DNA of 34,564 bases from a virus (taxonomy: Duplodnaviria > Caudoviricetes): positions 1-34,564 of IMG/VR virus record IMGVR_UViG_3300037311_000481. One strand, written 5' to 3'. The translations under genes were made by a program, and so were the position numbers. Positions 25,547 to 32,228 of the stretch are shown here, in pieces (positions within the stretch are counted from its first letter, which is position 1; every line of letters starts with the position of its first letter). The notes beneath the pieces were generated by a model that was not told where the DNA came from, did no database searches, and saw only the letters and a program-made list of their open reading frames with translations.

Positions 25547-25872
25547 CAGTCGACTGCGGTCTCGGCGACGCAGGCCGCGCGCGCGGCCTCGATCCGCGCC
25601 TCGAGCGTCTCCTCGCGGCGGAAGCGGGCCGACACCCAAGCGAGCGCCTCGACGGTGCCGCGCAGCACACCGGCCTCGGGCGGCGCGGCGCGCGGCGGCA
25701 GCGCCGCCGTCACATCGGCGGGGCAGCTCGTCCGCACGACGGTGCGGACCTCGACGACGGGATCGCTTTCAGCGCGCGGCGACGGCACCGTCGAGTGCGC
25801 GCATGCAGCGAGCGTCGCAATCGACGAGACCGTCAGCAGCGCGAGGCGCAGCGAGAATCGCGGCTTCGGCAT
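25546..25872 (-). CDS. Outer-membrane spanin (Rz1-like lipoprotein)
   Basis: Signal peptide with lipobox LAAC; starts inside the i-spanin 3' end; AAGGA SD. Confidence 0.8.
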   Translation of the reverse strand: MPKPRFSLRLALLTVSSIATLAACAHSTVPSPRAESDPVVEVRTVVRTSCPADVTAALPPRAAPPEAGVLRGTVEALAWVSARFRREETLEARIEAARAACVAETAVD

Positions 25873-26287
25873 TGCGGTTCCTTGTGGTGGTGGTGGTGGC
25901 GCGGGCCTCGGCCCGGGCGACGGCGGCGGCGGTGTCGCGGCGCTCGCGCGCGAGCAGCGCTTCGGCTCCGGCGAGCTCGGCATTCGCGGCCTCGAGTTCG
26001 GCCGCGAGCCGCTTGACGGCGGCGCTGCACGCGGCGCGCTGCGCGAACAGGTCGCGACGGCCGAGCGCGGCGTCGCAGGCGCGGGAGCGGCGTTCCGCGT
26101 CGATGACAGTGACGATCGTCTTCGGACACTTCGTCGAGATGTCCGTCCCCGGCCCGGCGCTGGCATAGCAGGCGCGCGCGGCGCGGCCTTCGCCCGCGAG
26201 GCCGATCAGCTGCGCGAGCGCGAAGGCGAGCGCGCCGAACAGCGCGGCCCAGGCGAACGGCTGCCACGGCAGGTTCAGGAACCTCAC
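25769..26287 (-). CDS. Inner-membrane spanin (Rz-like)
   Basis: N-terminal TM, periplasmic coiled coil, C-terminal Cys residues; GTGA coupling to the holin. Confidence 0.75.
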   Translation of the reverse strand: MRFLNLPWQPFAWAALFGALAFALAQLIGLAGEGRAARACYASAGPGTDISTKCPKTIVTVIDAERRSRACDAALGRRDLFAQRAACSAAVKRLAAELEAANAELAGAEALLARERRDTAAAVARAEARATTTTTRNRNAEAAILAAPRAADGLVDCDARCMRALDGAVAAR

Positions 26288-26574
26288 GACGTCACCCCTT
26301 CGGATTTCTCGATGCGGCGGTCGCGCGAGAGGCCGAGCAGGCCGAGCGCGGCGAGCAGCCACGGCCAGTCGAGGTCGGGCGCTTCGCCGCGCACGAGCGC
26401 GGCGGCGGGAACGGCGACGCCGTTCACCAGCAGGATCAGGCCGAGCACCCAGCCGCCGAACGGCCGCCAGCCGCGCACCATGAAGTCGAACGCGCCCGCG
26501 ATCGGGCGGCGCTGCGGGAGCGGGTTGCGCGGGTCGTTCCACGCTTCGGTGACGCCGTCGTCCTGCACCATCAC
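26284..26574 (-). CDS. Holin (GTA 3TM-holin-like)
   Basis: WRPFGGW, two hydrophobic helices, basic C-terminus; follows the endolysin. Confidence 0.75.
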   Translation of the reverse strand: MMVQDDGVTEAWNDPRNPLPQRRPIAGAFDFMVRGWRPFGGWVLGLILLVNGVAVPAAALVRGEAPDLDWPWLLAALGLLGLSRDRRIEKSEGVTS

Positions 26575-27236
26575 GCCGTTGCCCGGTACTGATCGGCGCG
26601 CGCGAGCCAGCCGTTCAGGAACGCGCGCTGCGACGGCTTGCGGTCGACGATGCCGCGGTAGCGGCTCTTCACCAGCTCGCGGTAGTGGCCGACGACGTCG
26701 GGCATGCCGCCGCCCGGCCGCCGCAGCGCCGAATCGAGCGCGGCGAGTGTCCTCGGCCCGAGGTTGCCGTCCGGCTTCAGCCGCGCCAGCACCGAATTGT
26801 TGATCGCGCGCTGGAGCAGCTTCACCGCCGCCTCGCCGCCCGCGTTCACCGCCTGGTCGAACACGATCCGGTCGAGCGGCGACGGCAGCCGGTCGAGGCC
26901 GTGCCGGTCCCAGAACACGCGGCGGAACAGCGTCGCGGCATGCTCCTTCGTCAGGAGCCGGATGTCCGCACCGTCGAGGTCGCCGTCCATGTCGAGGTCG
27001 AAATCGGCGAGGCCGTCGCGGTTCGCGTCGATGTTGCCTTCGGCGACGAGGAAGCGCAGCGAGACGCCGTGGTTGGTCGGGCCGCCGCGATCGGCGCGAT
27101 GATTGACGTAGCCGCCCTCGTTCGGGAACACGAAGGCGAGCGCGCGCGCGAACTTCGCCTCGGGCGAGTCGGCGAAGCGCATCCTGCTACCGGTATCGCG
27201 GGCACGCTGTCCCGCCGTCGTTTCTGCCGTCTGCAT
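26571..27236 (-). CDS. Endolysin, glycoside hydrolase 108 with PG-binding domain
   Basis: EGGYVNHRADRGGPTNHGVS, FDQAVNAG, DGNLGPRT, FLNGWLAR; ATG 27182 is an alternative start. Confidence 0.93.
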   Translation of the reverse strand: MQTAETTAGQRARDTGSRMRFADSPEAKFARALAFVFPNEGGYVNHRADRGGPTNHGVSLRFLVAEGNIDANRDGLADFDLDMDGDLDGADIRLLTKEHAATLFRRVFWDRHGLDRLPSPLDRIVFDQAVNAGGEAAVKLLQRAINNSVLARLKPDGNLGPRTLAALDSALRRPGGGMPDVVGHYRELVKSRYRGIVDRKPSQRAFLNGWLARADQYRATA

Positions 27237-27242
27237 GACCAG

Positions 27243-27286
27243 ACGCTAAGGCGGGTCGCAGAGGCGGCTAAGGTGAAGGACTTCAG
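27243..27286 (-). promoter_or_regulatory. Late promoter (Plys-like), Mor/C-dependent
   Basis: CTGAAGTCCTTCACCTTAG-N19-TAGCGT; same spacing as the 19291..19334 copy. Confidence 0.75.
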
Positions 27287-27308
27287 TGGAAGCGCCGGGG
27301 GCGCGAGG

Positions 27309-27674
27309 TCAGCCGAACAGGTCGGGCGCGGCCTTCGGCTCCGGTTCGGCGAGGATCTGATACACGCGGCGCTGGGTGAGGCCAACCGCACGGGCGATGT
27401 CGCGGCGGCTGCGGCGCTGCCCCGCGAGATCGAGGACGCGCTGCCGGGTGCGGCGCGCGACTGGAACCGACAGCTGCTCGCCGCCGAACGCACCGCTCAG
27501 CCGCGCCGCCGCCGCCGTGCCGACCGCGACGCTGATCGGGTGGTGCGCGCCCGGCGGCGACCGGGGCACGTAGAGCACGACGCCGCCCAGCGCCGCGACC
27601 AGCCGCTCCGCATCGTCGGCGCCGAGCGCCTCCGTCAGATCGGCCAGCACGGTCGAGGCGGCGCGGTCGCTCAT
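27309..27674 (-). CDS. Mor/C-family late transcription activator
   Basis: LGGVVLYVP...HPI...FGGEQLSVP...IARAVGLTQRRVYQIL..DLF; after GemA, before lysis. Confidence 0.85.
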   Translation of the reverse strand: MSDRAASTVLADLTEALGADDAERLVAALGGVVLYVPRSPPGAHHPISVAVGTAAAARLSGAFGGEQLSVPVARRTRQRVLDLAGQRRSRRDIARAVGLTQRRVYQILAEPEPKAAPDLFG

Positions 27675-28384
27675 TCGGCCGCCAGCGCCTCGGCGGTGCT
27701 GCGCACTGCGGCAAACGCCTGCGCAGCGCGCTCGCATGCCTCGTCCGTCCACGTGTCGAGCGGGCCGAAGGCGTGGATGGCGAGCGCCTTCCCGAGCAGC
27801 TCCGGCGTGGCCGGCTGCGACGGCGCGGCCGCGATGATCTTGGCGTGGATCGCCCCCACGAGGCGGCGCTTCAGGGTAATCGTGTGCGTCCATGCTGCGA
27901 CCCCGGCGAGCTCCTGCGACCAGCCGTGCCGCGTCGCGATGGCCTTCAGCGCCTCGATCAGCCGGTAGACGTCGGCACCGTCGCTCCACGCCAGCCGCTC
28001 GACGCCGAGCTGGCGGCGGGCGAAGCTCTCCAGCGCCGCCTCGCTGGCGTCGCGCACCGCGCCGAGCTGCGCGAGGCTGATCCACATCGCCCGCGCCTTC
28101 TTCGCCGACGGGTGCGCCGCCAGCACGCGCCGCGCGGGCAGTCCGCTTTTGGACTTCCCGACGCCGCCGACGACCGGCTTGAACCCCATGCGGGTGAACT
28201 CGGCGATCACCGCGCCGAGCTCGGTCTCCGTCAGGTCGGCGGCCGAGCGCTTGCCCGTCACCCGGGCGAGCAGCGCACGGTAGTCATCATCGGCGACGCC
28301 CAGCTGCTTTTGCGCCAGCTTCACCTTCGCGATCATCACGCGGCGGTGCGGATTGGCGGCGAACGGCTTGCGGAGGGCGGTCAT
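27671..28384 (-). CDS. gemA: GemA (Mu gp16) regulatory protein
   Basis: KVKLAQKQLGVADDDYRALLARVTGKRSAADL...KARAMW...LIEALK. Confidence 0.9.
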   Translation of the reverse strand: MTALRKPFAANPHRRVMIAKVKLAQKQLGVADDDYRALLARVTGKRSAADLTETELGAVIAEFTRMGFKPVVGGVGKSKSGLPARRVLAAHPSAKKARAMWISLAQLGAVRDASEAALESFARRQLGVERLAWSDGADVYRLIEALKAIATRHGWSQELAGVAAWTHTITLKRRLVGAIHAKIIAAAPSQPATPELLGKALAIHAFGPLDTWTDEACERAAQAFAAVRSTAEALAAE

Positions 28385-28402
28385 CGACCGCCCTCCGCCG
28401 CA

Positions 28403-28594
28403 TCAATCGTTCGGGTAGTGCGCGTTATGCAGCCGCTCGGCTTCGTCGGCGAAAAGCCAAAGCAGCGACGCGAGTGTGTTCCCGTTGCACCCGCGCAGGT
28501 CGGATTCGGCGACGAGGCCGCTGACGCAGCTGATCGCCTCGTGCAGGCGCGCCATGTAGATCGATTGGTCGTTGCCCAGATTAACGAGCGGCAT
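28403..28594 (-). CDS. Hypothetical protein of the antirepressor cassette
   Basis: 63 aa, GGAGG SD, overlaps the antirepressor stop. Confidence 0.6.
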   Translation of the reverse strand: MPLVNLGNDQSIYMARLHEAISCVSGLVAESDLRGCNGNTLASLLWLFADEAERLHNAHYPND

Positions 28595-29195
28595 CGCGCG
28601 CCTCCAGCATCCGGCGGAAATTGGGGGCGTGGCGCAGCGCGGCGAGATTGGGCGGCGGCGCGGTCAGCCCGAGCGCTTCCGCCATCCGCCGCCTGCGGCG
28701 CACCCAATCCGCGCTGATGTCGAGCAGCTTGGCGATCTCCGCACTGCCCAGCCCCATCGCCAGATAGCGCAGCAGCGCCGCATTGCCCTTGCGGCTGACG
28801 AACAGCACCTGCAGGTCGTTCGCCACACCCTTCGGCAGTCCGCTCGCAACCGGCACCGGCGTCTCGTCCGCCAGCCCCTCCAGCACGTCCAGCACCCAGC
28901 GGCGAAAGGCTTCCGCCTTCGGCGTGTTGGCCTTCAGTGCGATCAGCGCCGCGCCGCGCGCATTGTAGAGCCGGGTCAGCTGCGGCCCGCCCGACGAGGG
29001 CAGTTCCACAACCATCGTGGTCGAGGAATCGAACTCGCGGCTGTTTCGGCGATAGATATCCGAGGCCGCTTGCGGCGGTTTTTTGTAGCCCAAGGCCTCC
29101 GCAATTTGCGGACCCCTCAGCCAGCGCTCCCCGCCGATGATTACGATGTCGATTTGGGTGTCCTCGAACACCACTGGTAGCGTGTTTATGGTCAT
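28581..29195 (-). CDS. BRO-N domain antirepressor with C-terminal HTH
   Basis: QIAEALGY..IYRRNSREF...TRLYNARGA...TPKAEAFRRWVLDVL; HTH SAEIAKLLDISADWVR. Confidence 0.88.
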   Translation of the reverse strand: MTINTLPVVFEDTQIDIVIIGGERWLRGPQIAEALGYKKPPQAASDIYRRNSREFDSSTTMVVELPSSGGPQLTRLYNARGAALIALKANTPKAEAFRRWVLDVLEGLADETPVPVASGLPKGVANDLQVLFVSRKGNAALLRYLAMGLGSAEIAKLLDISADWVRRRRRMAEALGLTAPPPNLAALRHAPNFRRMLEARDAAR

Positions 29196-29237
29196 TGTGA
29201 CGTCTTTCTAGGACGATGTCGGCGAACAGCACCGACA

Positions 29238-29314
29238 GCCGGGAGCTAGAAACGTGGCCACAGTCACGCGCGCTTATTCCCCGCGAACGGGTCTTGTATT
29301 CGCGCACTCCCGAC
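29238..29314 (-). ncRNA. C4/CI-like antisense RNA
   Basis: Closing stem GTCGGGAG/CTCCCGGC, internal CCCG-UUCG-CGGG hairpin, unpaired UUUCUAG complementary to CUAGAAA loops at 29387..29393 and 29205..29211. Confidence 0.7.
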
Positions 29315-29404
29315 CCAAAGGCCGGTTCTCGGACGACTGACAGGACGAGGGTTTCGCCTGCCGGGGCGACCGCTGGGACCAAGGTGTTTCTAGCACCAAG
29401 GCCA

Positions 29405-29433
29405 AAATTGCCCGTGTTTGCGGTCGCCGTCAA
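29405..29433 (-). promoter_or_regulatory. Sigma70-type promoter of the antirepressor cassette
   Basis: TTGACG-17 bp-CAATTT; predicted +1 near 29397, at the first target hairpin. Confidence 0.55.
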
Positions 29434-29435
29434 CA

Positions 29436-29693
29436 TCAGTGCATCTCCTGTTTGCGTTGGAAGGCGGCGTAGGCGGCGCGGTCGCGGGCCGCGCGCAGCT
29501 CGTGGGCGAGGGTGCGGCGGCGGGCGCGCAGCGCGGCGCGCTCCGCCTGCAGCGCGTCGAGCGCGGCCTCGGTCGCCGCGATCTCGGCTTCGAGCGCGGC
29601 GACGGACGCGGGCGGCGCTGCGACCGGCGCGGCGACGCGCGCGGGCGGCAGCGCCATCTCCTCGCCCGTCGTGGTGACGTAGCTCCGGGTCAT
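29436..29693 (-). CDS. Hypothetical coiled-coil protein
   Basis: ATGA coupling, GGGAG SD, heptad pattern. Confidence 0.65.
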   Translation of the reverse strand: MTRSYVTTTGEEMALPPARVAAPVAAPPASVAALEAEIAATEAALDALQAERAALRARRRTLAHELRAARDRAAYAAFQRKQEMH

Positions 29694-29890
29694 GACCGCG
29701 CTCCCGCCGACAGCTGCATCGGCGTGCCGCAGCGCGCGCATTCGGCGGTCGTGCGGCCGATCTCCCAGTTCTCGGCCGCGCAGCCGGGGCAGCGGACGCC
29801 GGGATAGTAGGTCATCGCCGCCTGCCGCCGGGCGAACGACATGCCCATCCGGCGCGCGGGCATGACGATGACGTTCCGCGCCTGTTTCAT
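29690..29890 (-). CDS. Small zinc-ribbon protein
   Basis: CPGC...W.IGRTTAECARC; ATGA coupled on both sides. Confidence 0.7.
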   Translation of the reverse strand: MKQARNVIVMPARRMGMSFARRQAAMTYYPGVRCPGCAAENWEIGRTTAECARCGTPMQLSAGARS

Positions 29891-30330
29891 GCGGTTTCTC
29901 CGTCGAGGATTGCGGGAAGTTCGAGCCGCGCGGTTTCCGCCTCGACCTCGGCGAGCATCGCGTCGGTGATGTCGCGGAAGTCGCGGCAGCGGGCGCGGCG
30001 GCGATCGGCGGAACGCAGGCCGCTCAGCACCGTCGTGTGGTCGCGGTTGCCGAGCGACCGGCCGATCTGCGCCGTCGAGAACGGGGTGCCGCGCCGCGCG
30101 ACCCAGTAGACGGCGAGGCGGGCGGCGATGGTCTCGCCATCGCGACGGTCGCTCGACACGTCGCCGGGCGTCACGCCGAAGCGCGCCGCCGCCATCCGCA
30201 CGATGTTGCCGATGCGGGTCGGCGCGGGCGCATAGATCGGCAGCGCCGCGACCTTCGCCTCGATGCGCGCGAGGTCGCGGCGCGCGGCGCGCAGCTCATC
30301 GAGCAGCGCCCGGTCAGGAGAGGCTTGCAT
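29887..30330 (-). CDS. DnaA domain IV-like helix-turn-helix protein
   Basis: AQIGRSLGNRDHTTVLSG matches the DnaA C-terminal signature; no AAA+ domain. Confidence 0.85.
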   Translation of the reverse strand: MQASPDRALLDELRAARRDLARIEAKVAALPIYAPAPTRIGNIVRMAAARFGVTPGDVSSDRRDGETIAARLAVYWVARRGTPFSTAQIGRSLGNRDHTTVLSGLRSADRRRARCRDFRDITDAMLAEVEAETARLELPAILDGETA

Positions 30331-30502
30331 GATCGCTCTCCCCGAACCCGTCGTGATCCTGAAACATCTCGCGGATTTCGGCGTCGCAGTCCCAGCAGCC
30401 GGTGCCGCCCGCGAGCGTGTTCGCCTGCGCGCGGCCGCAGCGGCGGCAGTCGTCGTCGCGGTCGAGGTCCGGATCGCGGTCGATATCGAACGGCCCGGTC
30501 AT
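30314..30502 (-). CDS. Small acidic CxxC-CxxC protein
   Basis: CRRC...CWDC; ATGA coupling. Confidence 0.6.
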   Translation of the reverse strand: MTGPFDIDRDPDLDRDDDCRRCGRAQANTLAGGTGCWDCDAEIREMFQDHDGFGESDHASLS

Positions 30503-30923
30503 GCCGCACCGCCCGCCGCGAGATCGCGGTCGACCTCGATGCCGTAGGAGACGAGCCGCGCGAGCGAGGCCTTGAAGCTCTCGCCGTGCGCCGACGCGAC
30601 GAGCCCGACGCTGATGGCGAGATCGCCGTCGAGCAGCTCGTGCGCGAGCGGATTATGCCTGAGACGCGGTTTCACCGGCCGCTCCACCGCAGGCGTCGCG
30701 TCCTGCTTTTCGGCGGGGGGGGGGCGATCAGCCGATACCCGTAGCCGCGCCTGGCTTCGAACGCGCACTGCGGCCGCTGGCGCCGCAGGTAGAAGATCGC
30801 CGTGCCGACATGGCGGGGCTGGACGCCCGCATATTCGGCGAGGTCCTCCGTCGCGACGAACCGGCCGTTCGCAGCCTCGAGCCGCGCGTAAACTGCGGCG
30901 TTGACGCCTCCGAGCGGCTTCAT
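30499..30923 (-). pseudogene. Winged-helix (OmpR C-terminal-like) gene frameshifted at a C10 tract
   Basis: The 5' ORF (30672..30923, RRGYGYRL) and the 3' ORF (to 30499) join if the run at 30715..30724 is 11 or 8 nt. Confidence 0.65.
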
Positions 30924-31162
30924 GCCCTTCCTCCCTCGAACACGGTGAACGGGATGTTGCGCGGCGGTCGCGCGGCCTCGGCGGCGACGCCCGCGAGCGT
31001 CATCACGGGCAGCTCGACGGCGACGGGGACAAAGCCGGCCGCTTCCCGGATCGCGGCGATCGCGGTCGCGACCTCGCGGTGGGTCAGCAGGCCGTGATCG
31101 TTCATGACCTCGAGCGTATCGAGCGCTAACGCCAGCTCGGCGCGGTTCTGCGGCGCGCCCAT
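30920..31162 (-). CDS. Hypothetical early protein
   Basis: 80 aa, TGATG/ATGA coupling, ends VFEGGRA. Confidence 0.65.
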   Translation of the reverse strand: MGAPQNRAELALALDTLEVMNDHGLLTHREVATAIAAIREAAGFVPVAVELPVMTLAGVAAEAARPPRNIPFTVFEGGRA

Positions 31163-32142
31163 CACGCGGCCGCCTGCACGTCGGTGCGCAGCTGCGCCCA
31201 TGCGGCCTTCAGGTCGGCGAGGCCGACCTCGCGCGGCGGGTCGCCCGCGAGGATCGCGGCGAGCTTGATCGTCTTCACGATCGAGCGCAGCGCGCCCTGC
31301 CGCCCGGCGAGCCCGGCGAGGAAGGCGACGCTCGCCTCGTCCTCGATGCCCCAGCCGCGCACGATCAGCGCGGCGTCGTCCGCGCTCGCCTTCGCCTGCA
31401 CGAACGGCATCGACACGCGGCTGCCGAGGCGGGCGAGCTGCCGCGCGCGGGCGCCGGAGCGCAGCCGGGTCAGCACCCGCTCGTCGCCGACGAGGGCGAT
31501 GCCGACGCCGACCTTGTCGTGCCAGCTGCGGATTTCGTCGAGCGCCTGCTCGTTCAGCTCCTGCGCCTCGTCGAAGACGATCAGCGCGTTCGCGCCGCGC
31601 ACCCGCTCGCGCACGCGGCGCGACAGCTGATAGGGCGAACCCTTGACCTCGCCGTCGCCCATCTCCTCGAGGACGGCGTTCAGCATCGTCTGGATGCCGC
31701 CCGACGACGGCGAGCAGGTTGCGAGCCACACGTTCGCGGCGGTCGCCTTGTAGCGCTCGGCCGCGCGCGTCTTGCCGATCCCCGGCGCGCAGGCGACGAC
31801 GACGATCTCGCCGGTGTGCGCCCAGCGCAGCACGTTGGTGATCGATGCGGCCGCGCTCGTTTCGATGAAGCCGGGATCGCGCAGCGCGGTGCGCGCGAGC
31901 GCCGCGCGCGCCTCGAGGCCGGTGAAATAACGCTGTGCCAGCTCGGCGATCCGGACGGTGTCGCCCGCGTAGCTTTCGGTCGCCCATGTGCTGAGCGTGC
32001 CCTGCTTTGCGCCCATCTCGGTCGCGAGCGTCGCCCAGCTGACGCCGCGCGTATCCTTGTGCGCCCGCACCTTCGCCTGCATCTCGGCCACGAAGGCGGC
32101 CGCTTCGGGTTCGAGGCCCGCTTTCTCTGTCGTCGTCGTCAT
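31162..32142 (-). CDS. MuB-like transposition AAA+ ATPase
   Basis: N-terminal HTH, Walker A APGIGKT, Walker B LIVFDEAQ; directly after the transposase. Confidence 0.93.
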   Translation of the reverse strand: MTTTTEKAGLEPEAAAFVAEMQAKVRAHKDTRGVSWATLATEMGAKQGTLSTWATESYAGDTVRIAELAQRYFTGLEARAALARTALRDPGFIETSAAASITNVLRWAHTGEIVVVACAPGIGKTRAAERYKATAANVWLATCSPSSGGIQTMLNAVLEEMGDGEVKGSPYQLSRRVRERVRGANALIVFDEAQELNEQALDEIRSWHDKVGVGIALVGDERVLTRLRSGARARQLARLGSRVSMPFVQAKASADDAALIVRGWGIEDEASVAFLAGLAGRQGALRSIVKTIKLAAILAGDPPREVGLADLKAAWAQLRTDVQAAA

Positions 32143-32228
32143 GCTACCTGTCCCTTCTTCCAAGAGCGGCCGTATGGCCGCGGTGTCCGGGGCGCGGGCG
32201 GGTTCCAGCCGCCCGCGCCCCAATTCCA

